A DNA stretch of 24,643 nucleotides from Mycoplasmatota bacterium. Its GTDB lineage: Bacteria; Bacillota_I; Bacilli_A; MAG-NZ. The notes under the pieces are model-generated. The model saw only the letters and a list, made by a program, of their open reading frames with translations. It made no database searches and was not told where the DNA came from. Shown here one piece after another: positions 8,851 through 18,017 of this stretch; the stretch's first letter is position 1; each line of letters starts with the position of its first letter. The stretch spans positions 2,140,615 to 2,165,257 of the forward strand of contig CP074575.1 of the NCBI GenBank assembly GCA_018394315.1, given 5' to 3'. The position numbers and the translations under genes are program-made.

Positions 8851-10083
8851 ATGAAAGGAAGACATATAAAAATACAACTGATAAAATTTAGTTTATACGG
8901 ATTTTTTAAGAATCTTAGATTCTTTGATCCATTTTTACTTTTGTATTTGACATACAATAATATATCACTAACACATATTGGTATATTATTCGCTATAAGA
9001 GAAGCAATAATTTATATATTTGAGGTTCCATCCGGCGTTTTTGCGGATAAATTTGGTAGAAAGACTGAATTGATAATATGTTTTATATTTTACATAATGT
9101 CATTTATTATCTTCTATTTAGGAAATGGATTTCATCACTTTATCATTGCATTTTCATTATTTGGTCTAGGTGAAGCATTTAGATCGGGGACACATAAAGC
9201 TATGATTATGGATTTTATGGATTATCATAATATCAAAGACAACAAGAGTAAGATATATGGAGCTACGAGGTCTTACTCTATGATAGGTTCTATGTTTTCA
9301 AGTATACTAGCTATTGTTTTAGTTAGGATTTTACCAAGCATATCAACTTTATTCCTAGTAGCAATCATCCCTTACATCTTTGATTTACTATTAATTTTAT
9401 CTTACCCTAATTACTTAAACACAAAGATAGAACATAAGTTCTCATTTAAGGAATTTTTTCAAGGCAGCATTGTGATTATCAGTACAACACTGAAGAATAA
9501 AACATTAAGATCCACTCTCTTTGACTCAGCTACTTATAATGCCATTTTCAAAACAATCAAAGACTATATTCAAATTGTCATATACGCAGCACTTATTACT
9601 TCATTTGTCAAAATGGACGATGCTACTGAATCGATTGAAATCAATCTCGCATTGATTTATGCAGGTATGTTTTTACTCAGCGCTTTAGCTAGTAGACTCT
9701 CTCACCGATTCTTGAAATTATCGAGTAGAGACAATATACTAAACTATATATGGCTACTAACTGCATTAATCTCATCTTTAATCATAATTTTTAACAATTC
9801 ACTATACATAACGATAGGTTTATTCTCTCTATTCCATGTACTACTAAATATCAGAAAGCCAATCATGATTGAAAAGATTGGTGATATGGCAGATTCCTCT
9901 CAAAGAGCTACCATATTAAGTGTAGAATCACAAATAACATCTTTAGTAATAATTGTAATGGCTCCATTATTTGGGTTTGTGTATGACAGATGGAATTTGC
10001 AGTACGTGTTCATATTGATTGTAATATTCAGTTTACTATTTTCATTAATCACCTATAAAAAAAGAAATCTTTCCAATACATAG
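8851..10083 (+). CDS. MFS transporter
   Basis: FEVPSGVFADKFGRK motif A, GEAFRSGT; about 12 hydrophobic segments. Confidence 0.9.
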   Translation: MKGRHIKIQLIKFSLYGFFKNLRFFDPFLLLYLTYNNISLTHIGILFAIREAIIYIFEVPSGVFADKFGRKTELIICFIFYIMSFIIFYLGNGFHHFIIAFSLFGLGEAFRSGTHKAMIMDFMDYHNIKDNKSKIYGATRSYSMIGSMFSSILAIVLVRILPSISTLFLVAIIPYIFDLLLILSYPNYLNTKIEHKFSFKEFFQGSIVIISTTLKNKTLRSTLFDSATYNAIFKTIKDYIQIVIYAALITSFVKMDDATESIEINLALIYAGMFLLSALASRLSHRFLKLSSRDNILNYIWLLTALISSLIIIFNNSLYITIGLFSLFHVLLNIRKPIMIEKIGDMADSSQRATILSVESQITSLVIIVMAPLFGFVYDRWNLQYVFILIVIFSLLFSLITYKKRNLSNT

Positions 10084-10142
10084 ATTAACAAAGTTTAAGA
10101 CTGACTTAGTTGGTTTTCTTTAATATACTAAATTTCTATCAA

Positions 10143-10171
10143 CGAAGTGTTGGAAATCAAAACAGCGCATT
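10143..10171 (-). repeat. att-like repeat copy
   Basis: + strand GTGTTG GAAATCAAAA CAGCGC ATT starting at 10147. Confidence 0.65.
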
Positions 10172-10175
10172 TTAT

Positions 10176-10204
10176 AAAAAACAAGCCTCAATTATGAGGC
10201 TTTT
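10176..10204. terminator. Bidirectional intrinsic terminator
   Basis: AAGCCTCA-ATTA-TGAGGCTT with A/T tails between convergent MFS and DUF4234 genes. Confidence 0.8.
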
Positions 10205-10309
10205 AACATAGAACTAAAGGACAATTGTAAAAAAACGCACAAACCATTACCTCAATGCTAGTTTTCAGAACAATTCAGTAAGATTATATAATTACTTTTT
10301 TTAAAAACA

Positions 10310-10621
10310 TCATAGCTTATTAGCTTGATTTTGCATTAAGAAAGGATTTAACCACGATAATGCGAAGAAACAGAAAATCAAATAGAGTATAGAATGGTCA
10401 TCAGCACCTTGCTTTGCAAGTCGTTGCCCCGCCACATATTGCCAATAAATGCTATAGATACCAAATGTGAAAATCAACATAAGAAAGTGAGCAAACCCTC
10501 CGAATCCCTCTCCAGTTTGTTCCTTTAACTCAACTTGAAACTTAATATTCCAGTAAATCAAATAGATTCCAAATGTTACAATTATAAGTAATATCATCAG
10601 TCCAATTGAACGCTTTGTCAT
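10310..10621 (-). CDS. DUF4234-like small membrane protein
   Basis: Duplicated TFGIYxIYW motif; strong RBS GGGGGAG. Confidence 0.8.
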   Translation of the reverse strand: MTKRSIGLMILLIIVTFGIYLIYWNIKFQVELKEQTGEGFGGFAHFLMLIFTFGIYSIYWQYVAGQRLAKQGADDHSILYLIFCFFALSWLNPFLMQNQANKL

Positions 10622-10638
10622 AACACTCCCCCTTTTCT

Positions 10639-10667
10639 ATTATAACTAGGTATATCATAGTATGCAA
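10639..10667 (-). promoter_or_regulatory. SigA-type promoter of the DUF4234 gene
   Basis: TTGCAT-N17-TATAAT on the minus strand, between the att-like repeat and the RBS. Confidence 0.7.
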
Positions 10668-10691
10668 CGATGATTAAAATAATACATACTA

Positions 10692-10719
10692 GGAGTGCTG
10701 GATACCGAAACAACGCATA
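10692..10719 (-). repeat. att-like repeat copy
   Basis: + strand GTGCTG GATACCGAAA CAACGC ATA starting at 10695. Confidence 0.75.
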
Positions 10720-11446
10720 ATCACATTTTGAGATACAACTTTCTAAATCATAGACACCCATTAGATATCTAATTTATTATTAATCTCCCCTAAAAAACCT
10801 TATAGATGGAATGAAATATATTCCAGTAAAACACACCTAAAAAATATTATCATAAGAGTAAATCTAGTAAATTTAATCATCATTGCGCATTTTCTTAATC
10901 ACACTTCATAGTACCTACCCCATAATCACACAGAATCAAATAAAAATTACTGGTTTTAGATAATCCCCAGTTACAAAATCCAGCTACTGAGTTAGCATCT
11001 TTAGGTTTTCCTAAGCGGTTTCGATGGTGGATCTGGGATGCAACCTTAAACAATCACATAAAAAATTTCTTTAACTTGTACAATTTGAAAATATATTGTT
11101 TAAAGGCATTGTTGATGCTCTCTTTCTTAACAGAATTATTTAGTTTACTACAGAAGAACTGTTTTTTTGTATGTACAAGACTTAATCGTATATAATTTAT
11201 TTCTTGTAAATATTCATTTAATTTATTATGATTATGAAGATATTTTCTTAAGTATGATTTGTAGTGCCTATATTTTTTCTTTTTGCGGTTCGAAAGTTAG
11301 AGGAATATTTACTATTTTATCATCTGATTTTAGTAGATCGGCCGAAAATAAAAAGTTCACTACATATTGTAATCAACTTTTTTATATCTAGTTAAGTAAT
11401 TCTTAACTACAAACTGAAACTATTTTGTTAGAAGGGTAGAAATTAC

Positions 11447-11632
11447 TTAACATTTAGTGGAAGCAAGACCTATAATAACCAACAGTATAAATAATACTAA
11501 TACTATTGTGTAGCTATTATCAGAACCACAGCAACCATAACCGTATCCGCCACCGTAACCATATCCGCCACCGTAACCGTATCCGCCACTGGAACTGTAT
11601 CCGCCACCGTAACCATATCCACCGTAACTCAT
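11447..11632 (-). CDS. YjcZ family sporulation protein
   Basis: GYGYGG repeats followed by IVLVLFILLVIIG; AAAGGGG RBS; upstream CATACTCT box. Confidence 0.88.
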   Translation of the reverse strand: MSYGGYGYGGGYSSSGGYGYGGGYGYGGGYGYGCCGSDNSYTIVLVLFILLVIIGLASTKC

Positions 11633-11943
11633 ATAATTCCCCCTTTCTAATACTAGAGTATGTTCATATGAAACTTTGAGATATTACAAACAACCAATTT
11701 CTATATCTAAAGCTTCTTAAGCATAGCATTTACCCCCCCTTAAAAATTACTTTACCGATTATAATATTCGTTAGTCCATTTTTATTATAAATAATCTTTG
11801 GGACACCAATAAGAAAACCAATAATAATATGATTTTATTTTTATTTATGATACATATCATAAAGAAATCACGTTTAATATGTGATAATGATTTTACACTT
11901 ACAGTATGTTATAATAATTTAATTGAATTAAGTAGGTGAATAA

Positions 11944-12585
11944 ATGAAAAAGAAAGAAATAAAAAGACCAATTCATAGGGCTGAGTTGGAGATTTATTAT
12001 GATTTACTTACTACTAATTTAGATATGGACCGAATTGAATACAAGAGAATTTATGATGGCTTAATTGCTGAAGTAGAAGGTTATAGGTTAGTTCTAGATA
12101 CTTGTGAAGTTGAAAAATGTATCTTTAGAGATGGTGAGTTTGTTCGTTCTGAATTTATTGATATAGTGTTTAAAAATTGCGAATTAACGAACTGTACTTT
12201 CATAGATTGTACCTTCGTTCGTGTCGAATTTATTAATTGTAAACTAGTTGGTACACACTTTGTAACAACTCATATGAGTGATGTTTTCTTTAACGAAGTG
12301 TATGCTGATTATCTAGATATATCGGAATGTAAATTAAAGAACGTAAAGATTGTTGATTCATCTTTAATGATGGCATCGATATTTAATAATAAAGTAGATA
12401 ATTTTATACTGGAAAGTGTCAATTTAAAGAGCGCGACTTTTTACGAGACTTCACTTAAAGGAGTCGATTTGTCTACATCGGATATTTATGGAATAAATAT
12501 TGAGCTTAAGAGTATTAAAGGAGCCACTATAGCATCGTGGCAAGCAGTAGATGTATGTAATTTACTTGGAGTATATTTAAAATGA
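11944..12585 (+). CDS. Pentapeptide repeat protein
   Basis: Continuous x(D/N/T)(F/L)xx periodicity; C-terminal LKGVDLS...IKGATI. Confidence 0.9.
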   Translation: MKKKEIKRPIHRAELEIYYDLLTTNLDMDRIEYKRIYDGLIAEVEGYRLVLDTCEVEKCIFRDGEFVRSEFIDIVFKNCELTNCTFIDCTFVRVEFINCKLVGTHFVTTHMSDVFFNEVYADYLDISECKLKNVKIVDSSLMMASIFNNKVDNFILESVNLKSATFYETSLKGVDLSTSDIYGINIELKSIKGATIASWQAVDVCNLLGVYLK

Positions 12586-12693
12586 TGAAAGAATTAGTTT
12601 GATAAGTAATCCTGATATTCTTTTGAATTTACCAAGTGGTATTAGTGAAGTGGTTTGAACTACAAATTTTAGAGAATTTATACTTAAATAAAT

Positions 12694-12716
12694 AAAGCCT
12701 CATCAAAGAGGCTTTT
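12694..12716. terminator. Intrinsic terminator
   Basis: AAAGCCTC-ATCAAA-GAGGCTTTT. Confidence 0.75.
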
Positions 12717-12734
12717 GTTGTTTTAATAGTGAAT

Positions 12735-12759
12735 CGATGGTGGAGACCGAAAGGACACT
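12735..12759 (-). repeat. att-like repeat copy
   Basis: + strand ATGGTG GAGACCGAAA GGACAC starting at 12737. Confidence 0.7.
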
Positions 12760-12825
12760 CTCTATGATTATCGAACTGTAGATTTTCTTCTTATCTTTTT
12801 ATACCAATAATCTCTTACTAAGCAC

Positions 12826-13659
12826 TTAAGCCGGAATCTTGAATTCACATGCAACACCAACTTGGCACAATCCGCAGCTTGATGAAGCCACTTCATAATG
12901 TTTCTCGGTATATGGCTTGATTACATTTCGTTGATACGCTCTACACTTAAGTTTGTCGTGCCCTTGCTCGGATATGGCTCCTACTGGACATCTTCTTATA
13001 CAATCATTACATGTACCATCGGAATAAAAAAGGCAGTATTCATGGTGAGAAACATATTTTCTTACACTGTAAGTTAATTCTACTTCCGAAATAATAGAAC
13101 CGCACCGATGAGCTTTTCCAACACTTGTTATTAATCCATCACATAGTCCAAAAGTACCTAATCCACATGCAAATGCAGTATGTCTCTCTGACCATGAGGA
13201 AGCATATCCATATTTATCAGATTCATAATAACTCCAATTTTCACTTAAGGATGGGCACATTGTTTTTATGTTTCTTCTATTCAATTCGTTAACTAAGAAT
13301 TCCATTAACATATCAATAAACTTTTGACCATATATTCTATTATTTGACCATAATCTACTAGCATAGTGCTCTTCATTTAGATTTGCAATCCTAGTCTCTA
13401 TTCTTTGGGGAAAGATAAAACTAACAACACTTAGTTTATCAGTATTAGAATCTCCGAATTCATGCCTAAAAGCTTCTTTTGGATTCCAGTAAAATCCCCC
13501 TATATCGTTCTTGAAAAAATCAAAAATTTTATCACTTCCACTGGAAAATCCAATTAATGGCATTTCATACGGTGTTTCTGATTCAGCATAGTTAATATAA
13601 AATTCTTCTATTAGTTCATTCAGTAAATTAGTATACTCCCTTTTTACATCACCAGGCAT
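12826..13659 (-). CDS. Epoxyqueuosine reductase (QueG)-like 4Fe-4S protein
   Basis: WSERH..FACGLGTFG, CxxCxxRCPVGAI and CGLCQVGVAC motifs. Start moved to ATG 13659 (GGGGGAG RBS). Substrate not assignable. Confidence 0.8.
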   Translation of the reverse strand: MPGDVKREYTNLLNELIEEFYINYAESETPYEMPLIGFSSGSDKIFDFFKNDIGGFYWNPKEAFRHEFGDSNTDKLSVVSFIFPQRIETRIANLNEEHYASRLWSNNRIYGQKFIDMLMEFLVNELNRRNIKTMCPSLSENWSYYESDKYGYASSWSERHTAFACGLGTFGLCDGLITSVGKAHRCGSIISEVELTYSVRKYVSHHEYCLFYSDGTCNDCIRRCPVGAISEQGHDKLKCRAYQRNVIKPYTEKHYEVASSSCGLCQVGVACEFKIPA

Positions 13660-13812
13660 TTGGCTCCCCCCATTCATGCTAGAAACTATTTTCAAGCAAT
13701 ACAAACTATCCAACTGTTTCGGATGTTTACATAATATAATTCAACTTAGATTAATACTCTACACTTACAATAAAAAAAGAATGATTTTACTCTAAAAATG
13801 TATGTTTATGCA

Positions 13813-13842
13813 ACCGGTGTTAGAAACAGAAAACGACACATT
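13813..13842 (-). repeat. att-like repeat copy
   Basis: + strand GTGTTA GAAACAGAAAA CGACAC ATT starting at 13817. Confidence 0.65.
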
Positions 13843-13902
13843 ATTTAACTGAAAATAATCTAAGTTTCATCCTCACTATTTTTCAACTACTCAAAAAGGT
13901 TA

Positions 13903-14460
13903 TTATTCAATAATTTTGTACTCAATGTCTTCCCATTCTTCTCTCAAAATACCATACTCATATTCATCCCACCAGATTGGGTCGCCATTATTATTTCTTT
14001 TAATAAAATAACTTTTTTTTAAGTTACCTTCTCGTCTCATTAAAATCCTTTCTAAAAGTTTCCATGACTTAATATTATCAGGATTACATCTTGCGGAAAC
14101 ACGATGAATTTGAAGGTTATCAAAACCATACTGTATAATAGCTTTGCATGCTTCTGTAGCGTAGCCTTTACCATAATATTTAGGATTAAATATATACCCT
14201 AAATTCCAACTCAAAAATTTTTTTGGCATTGCTTGATTGAAGTATACATGACCAATCATTTTACCTTTAGTTTTAAGTTCAACAGCCCAAAAGGCATTAC
14301 TTTGTGATAAAGACATAGCCGCTTTCTTACAACCTTCATCAGTTGAATCCCAATCCGACTCAAACTTAAGTACTTCTTCTTCAATTATATATTCTTGTAA
14401 ATCTTTCCAATCTTCTTCTTTGAAGTTTCTCACTAATAATCTTTCGGTTTCTATGATCAA
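13903..14460 (-). CDS. GNAT family N-acetyltransferase (RimJ/RimL type)
   Basis: IETERL, GYIFNPKYYGKGYATEA, NIKSWKLLER; TTG start with AAGGGGAG RBS. Confidence 0.92.
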   Translation of the reverse strand: MIIETERLLVRNFKEEDWKDLQEYIIEEEVLKFESDWDSTDEGCKKAAMSLSQSNAFWAVELKTKGKMIGHVYFNQAMPKKFLSWNLGYIFNPKYYGKGYATEACKAIIQYGFDNLQIHRVSARCNPDNIKSWKLLERILMRREGNLKKSYFIKRNNNGDPIWWDEYEYGILREEWEDIEYKIIE

Positions 14461-14520
14461 TTGAATCTCCCCTTTTTATTTTATCTATATCAATTGTATA
14501 CTTATTTTGCACTTATATCA

Positions 14521-14551
14521 AACTGTGTTGGAGTCTGAAATAACACATATT
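14521..14551 (-). repeat. att-like repeat copy
   Basis: + strand GTGTTG GAGTCTGAAA TAACAC ATA starting at 14525. Confidence 0.75.
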
Positions 14552-14599
14552 CTTTTAAAAATAACTTTGTCTTTTTTTTAGAGCGTAATGTAATTAAAC

Positions 14600-14900
14600 A
14601 ATATCATTTATCTTATTAACTGATTGTAGCTTAATTTATTATTATTTGTAATTCCACTAAATATTGAAATACCTTTTCCGATTAATTTGGGTATAGTTAC
14701 AAAATACTGATCAATTAAGTTTAGTTCCCCAATTGGTTTGATGAACTTTCCTCCACCAAACAACCATATATTTTTAAACCTTGTACTCTCAATTCTCTTA
14801 CAAATCCCGCAACATCACTACTATAAAATTGTAGTACACTCCCTTTGTATTACTAAATCCCTTTTTTCGATAAGACATTATAAATTCCTTTTTGAATCAT
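14600..14900 (-). pseudogene. Frameshifted C-terminal fragment of a dihydrofolate reductase/RibD-C family gene
   Basis: Minus-strand frames read QFYSSDVAGFVRELRVQG / KNIWLFGGGKFIKPIGELNLIDQYFVTIPKLIGKGISIF. Boundaries approximate; no 5' half seen. Confidence 0.75.
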
Positions 14901-14917
14901 TCTTATACTTAAGCATT

Positions 14918-14972
14918 TAAAAACACCCCAATCTTTAACTTGGTTTCTTGTCCAAGATTGGGGTGTAGTTTA
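14918..14972. mobile_element. MITE-like hairpin related to 811-867; probably terminates the sigma/anti-sigma operon
   Basis: 13-bp IR ACACCCCAATCTT / AAGATTGGGGTGT; shares internal ACTTGGTT and TCCAAG and the GGGGTGYAGTTYA end with 811-867. Confidence 0.6.
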
Positions 14973-14988
14973 TTAGTTGATTCTTTAT

Positions 14989-17487
14989 TTATGACTGATT
15001 TTTAATCTCATCTATCTCGCCATTTACTTCTTCAATTTCCTTCTCATAGTGGCGATTTAATTCATTTATCTTGTCATTGTATTCTTCAATCTCTTCATCT
15101 GATAATTCACTTCTTTTTGCTTCTAACTCTTCTTCTAGTTCTGCTAGTTTTATATCATATTCCAATTCTAGATTCACTAACTCTTCCTCTAACTTTTGGA
15201 TTTCCTCTTGTTTTTCAGCTTCATCTTCTTGTGCTTCTTCATCTAGGTCTGAAATAAAATCAAGGATATCTTTTTTTAGATCTTCATAATCTTCTTCCAG
15301 ATCATCAATTTGATCTTTTACTTCGTCGATCGCATCTTCATGTAATGATGTATCTTCTAACATTATTTCTAGATCAGCTATATTTTCATTAAACTGAGCA
15401 GTAATCTCATCCAATAATAAATTAGCCCCTTCAACTGAAATCAATTGTTCAATTTCATGTTCGTACTGTTCAGTTATTGCTTCAAATTGATTTTTTCTTG
15501 CTCCTAGCTCCGATTCACTTTCCTCTTCTTCTAAGTCTGAAATAAAATCAAGAATTTCTTCTTCTAGGTCTTCAAAATCGTCTTGTAGATCTTCAATTTG
15601 ATCTTTGATTTCGTCGATCGCATCTTCATTTGATGGTGTACCTTCTAACATTACTTCTAGATTAGCTATATTTTCATTAAACTTGCCAGTAATCTCATCC
15701 AATAACAAATTAGCTCCTTCAACTGAAATCAATTGTTCAATTTCATATTTATACTGTTCAGTTATTGCTTCAAATTGATTTTTTCTTGCTTCTAGTTCTG
15801 CTTTACTTTCTTCTTCATCTATTTCTGAAATCAATTCAGTGATGTCTTCTTCTAAATCCTTATAATCATCTTGTAGGTCTTCAATTTGATCATTGATTTC
15901 GTCGATCGTATCTTCATTTAATGAAGTATCTTCTAACATTATTTCTAGACTAGCTATATTATCATTAAACTCAACAGTAATTTCTTCTAACAATGAATTA
16001 GCTTCCTCAACTGAAGTCAATTGTTTTATTTCATACTTATAACGGTTTTTTATCGCTTCTAGCTGAATTTTATTAGCTTTTAATTCTGCATCTTCAACAT
16101 CTTCTATAGCATCGTTCATGGTAGAAGCAATCTTTTCTTCAGCTTCAGTTTTCAACTCATTAATTTTTTGATCAAACTCAACTGTTAGTTCAGCAATTTC
16201 TGCCTCAAGCTCTGCAATTTCTTCTTCAGTCATATTTTCTCTATTTGTTAAAAGTTCAGTGTTAAGTTCTTCTAGTTCTTGTTCATATTCATCAGTTAAT
16301 TTTGATATATCTTCGTACAACTCTTCAGCGACATCTTCAGCTTCATCTTCTGCTTCTCTTACCTTTTCTTTTGCTTCTTCGATTTTTTCCTTAGCTTCTT
16401 TGGCTTTTTCTTTTGCTTTTTCTTTTGCTTCTTCGTCCTCTTCAATTGATTCATAATAATCTTCTAACATGTCCTCAAGATCATCAACATCCATTGCTTG
16501 TAATTCTTCTACACTTAACAACCCTAAACCACTTAATGTTTCAATATACTTTTGTCTATCTGTTTCTTCAACTGCAAGTTCCGCAGTTTCCTTAACTTGA
16601 TTTTCCTTAATTTCGTAATATTCCTTTAGAACATCATGTAAATCTTTTGTCTCAGTAACAGCAATTTCTTCGATTGTTAGTAGTTCCTGTTCTAAGATTT
16701 CATTAACATACTTTTCTCTTTTTTTCAATTGTCCCGGGGTATCATCATTATCTTCAGATACGATTTCTTGAATTACAACCCCGTAAGATTCTTCTAGTAA
16801 ATCTTTGATATCATTAACCTTCATATCAGCAAGTTCATCTACATCATCTAATGAATAATCACCAGTAATAAGTAATGCTTCAATCAGTGTAGCTTTTGCT
16901 TGTGAAATCACAGATGATTCAGTATCTATAATTTCTTTATATTTATTTACTACAGTTTCAAATTGTTTTCCTAATTTCTCTGCTTCTTCATCTACAGTTG
17001 AAGTAATCTCTTGCTCTAACTGGTTATTTAACTCATCATCTTCTGATTGGACACTGAATAATATCGTGTCATCCTCAATTAAGAAATCCTGATCTTCAGC
17101 AACTTGAATAATATTCGCCACCAAATCATCTAAATTTGTTAATGTAACATCAACATCTAATAATAATGTCTCGGCATCAGCATTCAGTGCTTCAACACTA
17201 ATTACTTCATTATTTTCATCTAAGTTAATTAAGACACCTGGGTTGATATCAAGTGTTACTACAGAATTAAGTGCTCTCACCGGTACTATAGTACCATCAC
17301 CCTGGTTCAATCCAAAACCAAACACCAATGCAATCATAAGCATTGCAAATGCGCCTGTACGCTTCCAATTCCACAGAAGTCTAAAACTTTTGTTGTTATT
17401 AAAGTTTAAATGACTCTTCACATCTTTAGCTTCTAATTGTGAAGAAATGTTTATATTGTTATGTATTTCTTTTTTTAGCCTTTTCAT
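14989..17487 (-). CDS. Putative anti-sigma factor (RsgI-like domain) with long acidic coiled-coil tail
   Basis: Single TM helix, then VTLDINPGV.I.LD....V..VEALNADA (RsgI-like); 2 bp downstream of the ECF sigma gene. Confidence 0.75.
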   Translation of the reverse strand: MKRLKKEIHNNINISSQLEAKDVKSHLNFNNNKSFRLLWNWKRTGAFAMLMIALVFGFGLNQGDGTIVPVRALNSVVTLDINPGVLINLDENNEVISVEALNADAETLLLDVDVTLTNLDDLVANIIQVAEDQDFLIEDDTILFSVQSEDDELNNQLEQEITSTVDEEAEKLGKQFETVVNKYKEIIDTESSVISQAKATLIEALLITGDYSLDDVDELADMKVNDIKDLLEESYGVVIQEIVSEDNDDTPGQLKKREKYVNEILEQELLTIEEIAVTETKDLHDVLKEYYEIKENQVKETAELAVEETDRQKYIETLSGLGLLSVEELQAMDVDDLEDMLEDYYESIEEDEEAKEKAKEKAKEAKEKIEEAKEKVREAEDEAEDVAEELYEDISKLTDEYEQELEELNTELLTNRENMTEEEIAELEAEIAELTVEFDQKINELKTEAEEKIASTMNDAIEDVEDAELKANKIQLEAIKNRYKYEIKQLTSVEEANSLLEEITVEFNDNIASLEIMLEDTSLNEDTIDEINDQIEDLQDDYKDLEEDITELISEIDEEESKAELEARKNQFEAITEQYKYEIEQLISVEGANLLLDEITGKFNENIANLEVMLEGTPSNEDAIDEIKDQIEDLQDDFEDLEEEILDFISDLEEEESESELGARKNQFEAITEQYEHEIEQLISVEGANLLLDEITAQFNENIADLEIMLEDTSLHEDAIDEVKDQIDDLEEDYEDLKKDILDFISDLDEEAQEDEAEKQEEIQKLEEELVNLELEYDIKLAELEEELEAKRSELSDEEIEEYNDKINELNRHYEKEIEEVNGEIDEIKNQS
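15230..16090 (-). repeat. Three tandem 288-bp (96-aa) intragenic repeats
   Basis: TCAATTTGATC...TTCGTCGATCG block recurs near 15296, 15584 and 15872 (period 288). Boundaries approximate. Confidence 0.85.
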
Positions 17488-17489
17488 AT

Positions 17490-18017
17490 CTATACCTCCA
17501 ATTTTTCTTTTAATTTTTTCATTGCTTCGTTATACTTCCAACTAATTGTACCAATAGGCTTGTCCAAACCTTTTGATATCTGTTTATGAGTATAATTTCC
17601 AAGAACATGCATCAGTACAATTTGAAACTCATCATTATTCAGTACACTTTTCATGTCTTTTAATAATAGTAACTCTCTTTCGCTGGAACAATCACTGGAC
17701 ATAAAATCAAATCTATTCGATTCAACATAACTCATTTTGCTTTCTTTTCTTATGAAATTAATGGTTTTGTTTCTTGCGATGGTAAGCATCCATGATAGGA
17801 AATTATTACTATTACAAGAATCTATTTTTTCATATATTGTGATATAAGTATCTTGAAGTAAATCATCTGCAGCTGCTCGATTCTTCACCATACTATAAAT
17901 AAAATAGAAAAGATAGTCCCTTGTTAAGTAAAATAATTCATCAAATGCTCTTTCACTTTTTTTCTTTAACTTATACTTAATGATTCCTAACTGTCTTTTG
18001 CTCATTCTTTGGGCCAT
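17490..18017 (-). CDS. ECF (sigma-70 group 4) RNA polymerase sigma factor
   Basis: Region 2 ADDLLQDTY...FLSWMLTIARN; region 4 THKQIS..LDKPIGTISW. Confidence 0.92.
   Translation of the reverse strand: MAQRMSKRQLGIIKYKLKKKSERAFDELFYLTRDYLFYFIYSMVKNRAAADDLLQDTYITIYEKIDSCNSNNFLSWMLTIARNKTINFIRKESKMSYVESNRFDFMSSDCSSERELLLLKDMKSVLNNDEFQIVLMHVLGNYTHKQISKGLDKPIGTISWKYNEAMKKLKEKLEV

Noticed and set aside
11535..11630. Short tandem CCGCCACCGTAACCRTAT repeats
   Set aside because: They encode the GYGYGG repeats of the YjcZ protein.
11795..11815. TTTGGGACACCAATAAG as a repeat copy
   Set aside because: Too few matches to the consensus for AT-rich DNA.
12826..13659. Assigning the symbol queG or calling a reductive dehalogenase
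   Set aside because: Only superfamily-level motifs are visible; no supporting gene context.
10147..14546. Classical integron attC sites
   Set aside because: No RYYYAAC...GTTRRRY ends or long imperfect hairpin; the site is about 22-30 bp and tRNA-related.
7983..16595. ORFs 7983-8240, 11167-11391, 14738-14920, 15071-15289, 16259-16456, 16413-16595
   Set aside because: Shadow ORFs or low-complexity AT-rich frames with no RBS or motif; 14738-14920 is antisense to the DHFR relic.
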